From: Nostoc punctiforme PCC 73102
GTDB lineage: Bacteria > Cyanobacteriota > Cyanobacteriia > Cyanobacteriales > Nostocaceae
NCBI RefSeq assembly: GCF_000020025.1
Contig: NC_010628.1
Location: 6,540,001 to 6,572,000 of the forward strand
Length of the DNA stretch: 32,000 nucleotides
Direction of reading: 5' to 3'
Part shown: in pieces, positions 17,919 through 26,507 of the stretch
Layout: each line of letters starts with the position of its first letter
Position numbering within the stretch: position 1 is the first letter of the stretch
The notes under the pieces: model-generated
Database searches by the model: none
The model's input: only the letters and a program-made list of their open reading frames with translations
What the model was told of the DNA's origin: nothing
Position numbers and translations under genes: made by a program

Positions 17919-18893
17919 TCAATTAGTTATTTTGCGTTTCAATAGCGAAACTGCACCTAAAATGCTGTATGCTAGGATTCCTAATCCAGCAGATGCTTCT
18001 GGTACTGGCTGAAGCGCTGAGAAGGCTAATTCTCCAATTAGCTTATGAGCAGTAGTTGTAGGATGCACTTCATCCCAAAACAAAAATTCTTCAGGGTTAC
18101 AAAAAACTTGTTGTGTGGGAACATCTATAGGCACTACTGATAAGTCTTTGCTAATGCAAGAGTTAGTAACGTTTGTAAAATCGAATTCCTCTGGAGCAGC
18201 AACGATCCTATCAAATAGAGAATTAACATTCAGTTCTATAATGTTGATATCAGGACTTAATTGTTGACTCAAAGTTTTGAGTTCTGTATTCAAGCTAGAG
18301 TTATGTTCGCTGCTAAATGTGCTAAATAAGTTGGAACGTTCACTGGTGAAATTTGCAAAAGGTGATTTTCCCAAATCTGGTAAGTTGACGACCATGATAT
18401 CTTTAGCGCCATCAGCAACAAGTGATGTCAACGCTGTTGATAAATTTGCCACTGTATTGCTAGGATTTGGCTCCCCATCGAAAAAGTAACTTAGGTAGTC
18501 ATTAGTTCCAGCCCAAATAATATATAGAGCATTAGGATCGGCAGTTTCTGCTGCTACAAAGTTATTTATCTGTTGCTGTAATCCTGGTAAAGTAGCTAAA
18601 CCAATATTCTCAATTCCTGTAGTCGCACCACCAAAAGCAAAGTTATTTTTCAGGTTTGATGTTAATCCTAGATCGGAGGCAAGATAATCAACCCAATTTG
18701 GGCCATTAGAAAAATGCCCATCATAGTATGTTGGACTTGGGGGAATAATTCCATTAGTGGCATTAAATACATTACCAATATCAGATAAACTGTCTCCAAA
18801 GACATAAATATTGTCATAATCTTTTGCTAATACTTTGATTGGAAATATCAAAGATACCAGCAAAAATGCTGTTGTTATAATTTGTCTTTGCAC
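17919..18893 (-). CDS. Secreted SGNH/GDSL-family lipase/esterase with C-terminal PEP-CTERM sorting signal
   Basis: The signal peptide is MQRQIITTAFLLVSLIFPIKVLA. GDSL block I is VFGDSLSDIGN, block III is IWAGTNDY and block V is FWDEVHPT (DxxH). The C-terminus PVPEASAGLGILAYSILGAVSLLKRK has a PEP-like motif, a TM helix and a basic tail. Confidence 0.8.
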   Translation of the reverse strand: MQRQIITTAFLLVSLIFPIKVLAKDYDNIYVFGDSLSDIGNVFNATNGIIPPSPTYYDGHFSNGPNWVDYLASDLGLTSNLKNNFAFGGATTGIENIGLATLPGLQQQINNFVAAETADPNALYIIWAGTNDYLSYFFDGEPNPSNTVANLSTALTSLVADGAKDIMVVNLPDLGKSPFANFTSERSNLFSTFSSEHNSSLNTELKTLSQQLSPDINIIELNVNSLFDRIVAAPEEFDFTNVTNSCISKDLSVVPIDVPTQQVFCNPEEFLFWDEVHPTTTAHKLIGELAFSALQPVPEASAGLGILAYSILGAVSLLKRKITN

Positions 18894-18955
18894 AGTTAAT
18901 TCCTTAATCTAATTTAAAACTTGTAAAGATGGCCTGAGAAAAATATCGCTTCTTT

Positions 18956-20068
18956 CTAGAAAACTGTTTTTGCTAATTTAGAACTTTCAAGAGGATGAAG
19001 GGCTAACGCCACATTACCCCAGCGCATTACACTTGCAGAGGCAACACCTGCTGCACCAGAACCATAAATGAGAACTAAGTCATTTTCGTGAATCTTACCC
19101 AAATGTGCAGCATGATAGAGATTTGCCACAGTCAGTACTGGCCCTATATTTGCATATAGAGGGTAGAGATCGATCGTGCGCTCTGGGTTAATATTTAGTA
19201 GCCGCGTGCAGAAGCGTGTCATCCAAGCAGTAGGGGTATTGAAAAGAAAAAAGTCGATTTGCTCTAACGTTACACCAGCAGATGCGATCGCACCCTCACA
19301 ACATATAGAAAGAAACTCCGCAGCCGTTTCTCGTAGAGCCTTCGCACCGTTACCAGTCTGCATACGGACTCGTGAATTTCCTTGTTCATCCTTTGTCAGT
19401 TCAGCAGATACGACCTCACACAGCGCACCTGTATGAACTGTCTTAGTACCAAGAATACCCTGATTTCCTTCCATTGAACTGACTACAAAAGCTCCAGCAC
19501 CATCACCAAGAAACCAAGACACAGTATCTTGCTCGTCAAAAACGCGAGAATACGAACATGAAATAACTACCAGTACATTGCGATACTCTCCCGCTCGCAC
19601 CAAAGCAGAGGCTGTTTGAAGTACAACTGGCGTACTCCCACAGGTTCCATCAAGATTCCATGCAGCACCTACAAGACCGAGTTTACGGGCGAGAAAGGCG
19701 GCATTGCCAAATCCAATTTGTTCAGGCCAAACTGAGGCCACAATCATCAAATCAATATCATTAATAGAAAGTTTGGCTGCATTCAGGGCATCTGTTGCCG
19801 CGCAATACTCCAAGGTTAAGGAGGACTCCTCATGACTCAGCACCCAGCGCTCAATAGTACCGCGAAAGGGATCTGAGAGATAAGGCAACATTTCCATATC
19901 AAACTCGTTAGCTGGAGGGGTTCCAGTCAGCGAAAACATCCTTGCCAATCCTTTTTGTTCAGCCTGAGCTATTAGCTCAGGGTACTTTTCTACGTAATAA
20001 TTATTGGTACGTCTAATAGTTGGAAAACTTAGTGCAATTGAGCGAATACCGACTGGGGAATGCACCAT
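18956..20068 (-). CDS. KAS III (FabH)-like thiolase-fold enzyme with a non-canonical active-site set
   Basis: The region aligns by eye with E. coli FabH. AWNLDGTCGSTPV corresponds to AFDVAAACAGF, so the Cys is kept. DFFLFNTPTAWM corresponds to DWLVPHQANLRI, placing Asn where the His is expected. YANIGPV corresponds to HGNTSAA, so the Asn is kept. The gene starts 20 bp after the ThDP gene stop. Confidence 0.75.
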   Translation of the reverse strand: MVHSPVGIRSIALSFPTIRRTNNYYVEKYPELIAQAEQKGLARMFSLTGTPPANEFDMEMLPYLSDPFRGTIERWVLSHEESSLTLEYCAATDALNAAKLSINDIDLMIVASVWPEQIGFGNAAFLARKLGLVGAAWNLDGTCGSTPVVLQTASALVRAGEYRNVLVVISCSYSRVFDEQDTVSWFLGDGAGAFVVSSMEGNQGILGTKTVHTGALCEVVSAELTKDEQGNSRVRMQTGNGAKALRETAAEFLSICCEGAIASAGVTLEQIDFFLFNTPTAWMTRFCTRLLNINPERTIDLYPLYANIGPVLTVANLYHAAHLGKIHENDLVLIYGSGAAGVASASVMRWGNVALALHPLESSKLAKTVF

Positions 20069-20088
20069 ATAAAAAATTTTCTCTTATC

Positions 20089-21846
20089 TTAATAGTTGGT
20101 AGCGCCCTGGGAAATTAGGCTTTGATTGCGATTATGAGTCGGTGCTATTTGGGTGGGATCTATGATTACATCAACCACAAATGGGTCAGTTGCTGCGATC
20201 GCTTTTTCCAACGCCGTCTGGATCTCGTACTCTGTTTCAACGCGGATACCATCAGCTCCCATACCCTGAGCAATCTTGACAAAATCCACTTGGGGAATCG
20301 TTGCATCCACATCCTTGAAACCCACATACGTCATCCCCTGTTCGCACATATTGTAACGCCCGTCGTTGAGTACAATCCAGACGGCAGGAATTTGGTAGGC
20401 TACCGCAGTGTTTACCTCGTTGTTCATGAGCATAGCACCATCTCCAACAATGGCGACGGCTTTACCTCGACGTGCTAGCGCAGCGCCAACGATACCAGTA
20501 CAAGTATGACCCATAGCCGAGAACCCTGTGCTGGCGCGAAAACGTCCCGGTTTTGCAAATTGCAAGAAGTTAATTGCCCAAGCAAATGAGTTTCCACCCT
20601 CAGCCAACACCAATGCATCACTTCCTTCAACGATTACCTGTTGAATCCCATTCATCAATATATTCGGTAGAACTAGATTGCTAGTGCATGGATGAACTAC
20701 ATTATGTATCGGTCTCGGTAGTGACAGGGCTGTTGACAAACTAAGACTCTCTGGAAAGTATTTCAACACAGCTTTTACAAAAAGTCTCACATCGGAGTGG
20801 ATGGCTAAAGTCTCAACAGATGGATATGCACTTCCTGGAACTTTGGGGTCGATGTCAACATGCAAAAAGCTTTGCTTGGGAATCATCTCAGGGTTCCAGA
20901 AGGAGGTAAATTCGCCAAGACGTGTTCCTAGTACTAGGATGTGCCTTGGAACTTGCTCCCTCATGTACCTGAAAACAGAATCATGCCCACCAAAGCCGGT
21001 AACGCCTACAAACTGAGGATGATCTTCAGGAAAAATACCCTTAGCTCGTGGTGAACACATTACGGCAGCCCCTGTTCTCTCAGCAAGCTGGCGAATCTCT
21101 TTTGCAGCACCCCGCGCCCCAAAGCCCACCCAAATGGCAAACGGCCCCTCAGATAGTAACCGAACACATTTTGCGATTGTTTCTTCACTTGCTGTTCCCA
21201 TGGACTGAGACAGAGTTACTCGTGGCAAAGATGTATTTACTGAAGTTGTCTGGATGTTTGCCGGAATGCTGATATGAGCTACAAATCCTCCTGGTTGTCC
21301 TAGACCAAGAGCAATCCTTCGAGCAACTTCTGAAAGTTCATCGCTGGATTCGAGGGTTGTCGCATAATGGAATATTGTCCCCGAAGTAAAAAGACCTGCA
21401 CTAGGCATGGTGTAAGTGCTAGTTTCTTGACAAGCCCACCGACCGCGCTGTGGGGAAGAGGTCGAAGCTGACACGAAAATTACCTTAGCTCCCTCCCAAC
21501 GGGCAGCCAACAGCCCTGTTAAGGCATTGGTGATCCCCGGCCCTGTAGTAGTGAATACCACAACCGGGCGATCGCTAGCAAAGTAAGCCTCAATTGCTGC
21601 AAAAGCTGCTCCAGCTTCGTGGCGAAAGTGCAGCACCTGGATGGAACTTTGATGTAATGCAGCCCACACTGGGGCGATCGCACCTCCCGAAACACCAAAG
21701 GCATACTCTACTCCCATATCTCCTAGCATTTTAACCACTGTCTCTGCTACCGAAGAAGGTCTAGATAGCTTGCTATGAGATTGCTGTCCAGTAGAGTTCA
21801 ATTGTTCAGTGGTATTCGCTTGTGTATCCTGATATTTAACATGCAT
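20089..21846 (-). CDS. Thiamine-diphosphate-dependent enzyme of the acetolactate-synthase-like family (function unassigned)
   Basis: The N-terminal Pyr domain reads VAETVVKMLGDMGVEYAFGVSGG...FRHEAGAAFAA (catalytic Glu). The C-terminal ThDP-binding motif is IVGDGAMLMNNEVNTAVAYQIPAVWIVLNDGRYN (GDG...N). Confidence 0.8.
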   Translation of the reverse strand: MHVKYQDTQANTTEQLNSTGQQSHSKLSRPSSVAETVVKMLGDMGVEYAFGVSGGAIAPVWAALHQSSIQVLHFRHEAGAAFAAIEAYFASDRPVVVFTTTGPGITNALTGLLAARWEGAKVIFVSASTSSPQRGRWACQETSTYTMPSAGLFTSGTIFHYATTLESSDELSEVARRIALGLGQPGGFVAHISIPANIQTTSVNTSLPRVTLSQSMGTASEETIAKCVRLLSEGPFAIWVGFGARGAAKEIRQLAERTGAAVMCSPRAKGIFPEDHPQFVGVTGFGGHDSVFRYMREQVPRHILVLGTRLGEFTSFWNPEMIPKQSFLHVDIDPKVPGSAYPSVETLAIHSDVRLFVKAVLKYFPESLSLSTALSLPRPIHNVVHPCTSNLVLPNILMNGIQQVIVEGSDALVLAEGGNSFAWAINFLQFAKPGRFRASTGFSAMGHTCTGIVGAALARRGKAVAIVGDGAMLMNNEVNTAVAYQIPAVWIVLNDGRYNMCEQGMTYVGFKDVDATIPQVDFVKIAQGMGADGIRVETEYEIQTALEKAIAATDPFVVDVIIDPTQIAPTHNRNQSLISQGATNY

Positions 21847-22169
21847 ACAAACTATAACTTAGGAATAATTTCCTCTCTGAAGTAACATTATCCCACACGC
21901 TAAACTTAGCAATATCAATTTTTTGGATAAAAACCATCCAATTTTGCTTATCACTGATTTCGTAACGCAGTTAGTAAGCATAAAACGACCCTCATAATTC
22001 ACTTTGCCAACTTTTGGCAGCCGATAAGCTGATATAAGAGATTTTTAGAGACTTCAAGAACAGTGGATGTGGTGATGCCTACGACGGGCTGCGCCAACGC
22101 AGATGGCATCTACCCATCTTTTGGTTTGTGAAAACTGAACACTATTAATCAAAGCTGGAGTATAAAAAG

Positions 22170-22868
22170 ATGATTAACTTCAAACAGTATAAAGCTTTAA
22201 CTTTCGATTGTTATGGAACCCTGATTGATTGGGAGAACGGCATTTTAGGAGCGCTTAAGCCACTTTTGCTGGCACACAACACTGATTTAGATGACGATCA
22301 AATTCTGGAACTTTTTGCTGAATTTGAAGCAGAACTGGAGAAGGGTGATTATATCAAATATCGGGAAGTTTTGAAGACAGTAGTCGATAAATTTGGCGAA
22401 CAATTTGGCTTTGAGCCAACTGTCAAGGAACTAAATTCAATTGCTGATTCGATTCAGCATTGGCTACCTTTCCCCGATACAGTAGAGGCACTTAAAATGC
22501 TCAAGCAAAAGTTTCGGCTGGTAATTATCTCCAATGTAGATGACGATCTCTTTTCTTTTTCTGCAAAACACTTGGAGGTGGAATTTGACCAGATAATCAC
22601 AGCAGAACAAGCAAAAAGTTACAAACCCTCTTTAAACAACTTTAAACTGGCTATTGAGAGAGTTGATTTGCCGCTAGAGCAGATATTACATGTTGCTGCT
22701 AGTGTATATCACGATATTGTGACAGCCAAATCTATGGGACTATCAACAGTTTGGGTAAACCGTCGAGCAGATAAACAAGGAGTCAACATCACAGGAGCGG
22801 CAGTACGTCAACCTGACTTAGAAGTGCCCGATTTAAAGACTCTCGCTGCTTTGTGTTCACAGAAATAA
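22170..22868 (+). CDS. HAD-superfamily hydrolase, 2-haloacid dehalogenase-like (type II)
   Basis: Motif I is FDCYGTLIDWE, motif II is IISNVDD, the Lys motif is SYKPS and motif IV is AASVYHDI. Confidence 0.8.
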   Translation: MINFKQYKALTFDCYGTLIDWENGILGALKPLLLAHNTDLDDDQILELFAEFEAELEKGDYIKYREVLKTVVDKFGEQFGFEPTVKELNSIADSIQHWLPFPDTVEALKMLKQKFRLVIISNVDDDLFSFSAKHLEVEFDQIITAEQAKSYKPSLNNFKLAIERVDLPLEQILHVAASVYHDIVTAKSMGLSTVWVNRRADKQGVNITGAAVRQPDLEVPDLKTLAALCSQK

Positions 22869-22880
22869 TACTGAGAAATA

Positions 22881-22906
22881 AGTGCTGAGTGCCCAGCACT
22901 ATTTCG
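22881..22906 (+). terminator. Small hairpin after the HAD gene (weak terminator candidate)
   Basis: AGTGCTG (22881-22887), loop AGTGCC, CAGCACT (22894-22900), then ATTTCG. It begins 13 nt after the stop codon. Confidence 0.35.
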
Positions 22907-23130
22907 ACAAGGATCTGTTGTTACAAAACGAAATAGGGATTGCAACATAGATTGATTCTGCTTTACTCTGGAAAAACTAACTATGCTAGTTTTACGGCAT
23001 GTTCGACCTCCTTTTGAGGGCGATACGCAAGGCACGAGTAAATCTCGTAGCAACGCTCTCCTTCTGGCTCTCCAGGATCAGCGCCCTGCCGATAAACTTG
23101 TTCAATAAAACACTTTGATAGCCTAAAACG

Positions 23131-24000
23131 ATGAAAGCATCTGCTAATTTCGACTTTGAAGACGAGAAATTTAATGCACCGCCTTCTCAAGTCATCCCTT
23201 GGTGTCAGATGATTAATCCTCGGTATGGCACAGATGGTATGCAATCCCACGGTTTGGCGATTAAACTAGACAATGCCAATTCTGTCGGCTTTGTGCCAGA
23301 TGATAATTGGCAGCAGGTAGAGCATGAATTTAGTTCTGGAGTAGAAACGGTCTTTATTAGCACTACTCCAAACTTGGTTTTAGTGCGTCGGGGGCCATTG
23401 TCTGTCAAAGACCGGGAAAGTGGTCTAAAACTGGGTACGCTCAAAGAAAATTATGATGCCTTTTTAGCAGATAAACTTAAATTTAAAACCTTTACTCGCT
23501 ATCTAATTTTTATAGTGGGCGAGAATAAAAAGTTTTTACACGAATCACCACTGCAACTAACTCTTAATGGTGCTGCTGGAGCGAGTTTCAGCAAAACCTA
23601 CTGCGAATATCAACAAGGTAAAGTAGTTAGTGGATTCGTGGCTGAACTAGAAAAAGCTTATGCTGTTTACCGCAAGCAACCTTTAACACCAAAAGGCCCT
23701 TTGTTCCATGCTCACGGGATTTTTTGCCCGATAATTGAGTGTGAAGAAAGAGGTATTGAACCAAATACAGTTTTAGTTGCTTCAACTGTAGACTACAAAC
23801 ATCCTACAGTAGGGACTTTAACTCAATATTTAATAGCTTCGGATTCTCTGGAGTCTGCAATGATTTGCAAGACTTTTGAAGAATACAAAGATTTTGGGAA
23901 GGAACCTGTAAAATCAGAAATGCCTAAATTGGCAATGGCAGGAGTTTCTAACTCTTACGTTTATGCCGATGAAGATGATTTTGCTTATCCGCCGTATTAG
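23131..24000 (+). CDS. Hypothetical protein, 289 aa, no domain I can name; acidic-aromatic C-terminal tail
   Basis: A long clean ORF whose codon use looks like its neighbours by eye. It has no TM segment or signal peptide. It ends in YVYADEDDFAYPPY. Confidence 0.6.
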   Translation: MKASANFDFEDEKFNAPPSQVIPWCQMINPRYGTDGMQSHGLAIKLDNANSVGFVPDDNWQQVEHEFSSGVETVFISTTPNLVLVRRGPLSVKDRESGLKLGTLKENYDAFLADKLKFKTFTRYLIFIVGENKKFLHESPLQLTLNGAAGASFSKTYCEYQQGKVVSGFVAELEKAYAVYRKQPLTPKGPLFHAHGIFCPIIECEERGIEPNTVLVASTVDYKHPTVGTLTQYLIASDSLESAMICKTFEEYKDFGKEPVKSEMPKLAMAGVSNSYVYADEDDFAYPPY

Positions 24001-24108
24001 GTGGGAATGGGGAATGGGGAATTGGGAATTGGGAAAGAAAGAGGTAATTTTAATTACTCCCCCTGCTCCCTGCTCCCTGCCCCTTTGCCTCTTCTCCATG
24101 CCCAATAA
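24001..24108. repeat. Short tandem repeat block: 5x GGGAATK heptamers, spacer, then CTCCCTG heptamers and a CCATGCCCAAT motif
   Basis: GGGAATG GGGAATG GGGAATT GGGAATT GGGAAAG occupies 24003-24037. CTCCCCCTG CTCCCTG CTCCCTG occupies 24057-24079. CCATGCCCAAT occupies 24096-24106. Confidence 0.85.
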
Positions 24109-25371
24109 TTATTCTTTGAGCAGCAAATAATATAGTGAACCATTACCGCCTGTGATGCCAGCGCGATCGCCTGCTAGTTTACCAGAACCCATAAAATAAT
24201 CCACCCGTCCCGGGCCTTTGATGGCGCTTCCTGTATCCTGGTCAAGCACATAGCGGCTGACAGTACGCCTTTCTAGTTTGCCAGACCCAGCAGGATAGGG
24301 AAATGAATTGTAAATCAGCGCTAACGCTCCCGGAGGCATGAGAGACTTATCTGTGGCAATGGAACGTTCTGCTGTCACTGGTACGTGAATACTACCTGTA
24401 GCACCGGTTCCGCCAGTTTCTTGGAAGAAAATAAACCGCTCCCAGCGCGGCAGATAATTACTCAACTCCTGTGGTTTTTGCCGGAAATAACTAATTAGAC
24501 GCGGCATTGTCAATCCATCTAGTGGCAGTTTGCCATCTTTGGCTAGTTCTTTGCCGATACTAGTCCAGGGGTAATCAGTTCCACCTGCATAGCCAATTGA
24601 TGTTGTTTTGCCATTAGTTAACTTAATTTGGGCGGAACCTTGGATATGTACCATATATGCGTCTAGGCGATCGCGGAACCAAAGCAGTTCTAAACCGCGC
24701 AATTTGCTCTTATTCCCTTGTAAACCATCCTTCCCTTCCAAATCAATTCGTTTGGGGTGGGGTTTCGGCCATTGGCTGAAATCAGGTGGTAGCCGATAAA
24801 GGGGATATTTATATATTGCAGTTCTAACGCGGCTAGCGGTGTAAACAGGTTCGTAGTAAGCAGTGAATTTAACAGTACCCTTGCCATCGTTGCCTACAGA
24901 CTGGTAAAAGACAAACTCACGGCGGACAGCAGATTGTAATTGGGCCGGTGACTTAGAACTGACAACTAGTTGGCGGAAACGTAACAAACTCCGGCGGACG
25001 CGATCGAGGGTAATTTCCTTGATTGGATAATTTTGATATGCTGCGATCGCTTCACCTTTTGTTAAGTAGATCAGACTGTTATCAATGGAAGCCAACAACG
25101 CATTGCGATCCCCTGTTTTACCTCTTTGACCCCAAATTTGGTCATCCCAACCCAAGCACCTCTGCTGGAGCGCACAATCGCTTCCTATGGCGATCGGTTT
25201 TAGCGGTGGTGCTATCTCTGGAGTGATTGGTATTGGCACTGGTGAGAGATCGGGAGTAGTCGGTATTGGCAACGGCAGTAGGTTAGGAACCTGAGCAACA
25301 GCCGACCAGAAAGGATTTACAAGGGCAATTCCCAGACTCAAGGAAAGGAAAGCAAGGGTTTTTCTCATCAT
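24109..25371 (-). CDS. mltA: Membrane-bound lytic murein transglycosylase A (MltA-like, with 3D domain)
   Basis: The signal peptide is MMRKTLAFLSLSLGIALV. MltA-type motifs are FTAYYEP and VHIQGSAQI. The C-terminal DQDTGSAIKGPGRVDYFMGSG matches the 3D-domain catalytic region. Confidence 0.85.
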   Translation of the reverse strand: MMRKTLAFLSLSLGIALVNPFWSAVAQVPNLLPLPIPTTPDLSPVPIPITPEIAPPLKPIAIGSDCALQQRCLGWDDQIWGQRGKTGDRNALLASIDNSLIYLTKGEAIAAYQNYPIKEITLDRVRRSLLRFRQLVVSSKSPAQLQSAVRREFVFYQSVGNDGKGTVKFTAYYEPVYTASRVRTAIYKYPLYRLPPDFSQWPKPHPKRIDLEGKDGLQGNKSKLRGLELLWFRDRLDAYMVHIQGSAQIKLTNGKTTSIGYAGGTDYPWTSIGKELAKDGKLPLDGLTMPRLISYFRQKPQELSNYLPRWERFIFFQETGGTGATGSIHVPVTAERSIATDKSLMPPGALALIYNSFPYPAGSGKLERRTVSRYVLDQDTGSAIKGPGRVDYFMGSGKLAGDRAGITGGNGSLYYLLLKE

Positions 25372-25626
25372 TTAGTTGAATCTTTCAACACTGGAACTAA
25401 AAATAGGTTCTACCCGGATTGCCACAACCCGAGAAGGTCTTACTACCATATATTCCCCTTGAATATTTTTGATCGGTACGCTAATAAAGTCATTAGAAGC
25501 AGATTTTGGCACAAGTTCGCCACTATACCACTTCTGAAACTCTTGAATAGTAGGAAAACGTACTTCTTCTCGGTGGCCGCTTTCCAGTAGGAGGTATACG
25601 GCATATTCATTTGGAGTTCTAGCCAT
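25372..25626 (-). CDS. Small conserved-looking hypothetical protein (84 aa) abutting mltA
   Basis: Its stop codon (25372-25374) directly abuts the mltA start codon (25369-25371). The composition is non-repetitive and globular-looking. I recognise no domain. Confidence 0.55.
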   Translation of the reverse strand: MARTPNEYAVYLLLESGHREEVRFPTIQEFQKWYSGELVPKSASNDFISVPIKNIQGEYMVVRPSRVVAIRVEPIFSSSVERFN

Positions 25627-25689
25627 AAGATTGAATCATTTAAAAAACATTCAACCCATTGTTAACCACGTAACCCCTGAATGAAAAGG

Positions 25690-25890
25690 GTAAGCATACG
25701 GGAGGTGGGGAAGAGGGAAGAAGCAAGGGAGCAGGGGAGGCAGGAAGACAAGGGGGACAAGGGGGACAAGGGGGACAAGGTGAAATTATTGATCGAGTCT
25801 CTCTCTTGTCTCCCCCCTCTTCCTTGTCTCCATTGTCTCTTCTTCATGTTCAATGCCCAATGCCTCTTTTCAATGCCCAATGACTCCTCA
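25690..25890. repeat. G-rich/C-rich repeat block with 9-mer tandem repeat and duplicated TTCAATGCCCAATG
   Basis: GACAAGGGG occurs in about 3.8 tandem copies (25747-25780). The opposing C-rich arm is TCTCTTGTCTCCCCCCTCTTCCTTGTCTCC. TTCAATGCCCAATG occurs at 25849-25862 and again at 25869-25882. The GGGAGCAGGGGAGG motif is related to the block at 24057-24083. Confidence 0.85.
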
Positions 25891-26025
25891 CTTTAGACGG
25901 CTAATCCTTTAATCGGTTCCTTCAAAAATGTAAGTTTACATTAGCTCCTGCATAACTCTCCAATCAACCTCTGATAAGTCATTGACATTGTTGAACAACA
26001 GTTAGTTATTCAGGAGGCGAAATTT

Positions 26026-26349
26026 ATGAAACTTTACTATCGTGGTCTAAGCTACGAATACGACCCAAACAAAGTTGACAGTAAAAAAACACAACAGCCC
26101 TTTCAACCAGTTTCTCAGCATGGGCCAGCTTATAATTTGATTTACCGTGGTCTTGATTATCGTGTTGATCCGAATTCCAAATCGGCGGAACTTCCTCTAT
26201 TACCAGTAGCTTATAAATTGAGCTTTAGGGAAATTACCTACTTTGTAAATAAAACTGCACAGGGAGACGTGACTGTAGTCTCTCAACCAGCAATAAATTC
26301 AAAAGTTGCGGCACTGCCGATTTTTGAAGAATTAAAACTTCAAGAATAA
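26026..26349 (+). CDS. DUF4278-family small protein
   Basis: The YRG-x-x-Y signature repeats: MKLYYRGLSYEYDP, then LIYRGLDYRVDP, then a degenerate third copy. An SD AGGAGG lies upstream. Confidence 0.7.
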   Translation: MKLYYRGLSYEYDPNKVDSKKTQQPFQPVSQHGPAYNLIYRGLDYRVDPNSKSAELPLLPVAYKLSFREITYFVNKTAQGDVTVVSQPAINSKVAALPIFEELKLQE

Positions 26350-26507
26350 TATAGTTACAAGCTCATCTGGAGTCTAGGGAGTCATGAACTTGTGTGTAGT
26401 ACAATCCTCAAAAAACCTTTGAATTTCAGCACTATCTAGCTCAACAAATCTTGTCAAAACTGGTAGTTGTGCCAAGATGAATTTGAGGACTTAAGGCAAG
26501 TGAGACA

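Noticed and set aside
22808-23250. Two minus-strand ORFs (81 and 89 aa) spanning the HAD / unknown-gene spacer.
   Set aside because: They overlap the ends of well-supported plus-strand genes, are Arg/Cys-rich, and have no recognisable features.
25662-25896. Two overlapping ORFs (72 aa minus strand, 71 aa plus strand) and the 23914-24105 ORF inside repeat blocks. The tandem GACAAGGGG units were also considered as a CRISPR candidate.
   Set aside because: The translations are simply repeat read-outs (GDKGDKGDK, SPLSPLSPL). The repeat period is 9 bp with no spacers, so this is not CRISPR. It is consistent with cyanobacterial short tandem repeats.
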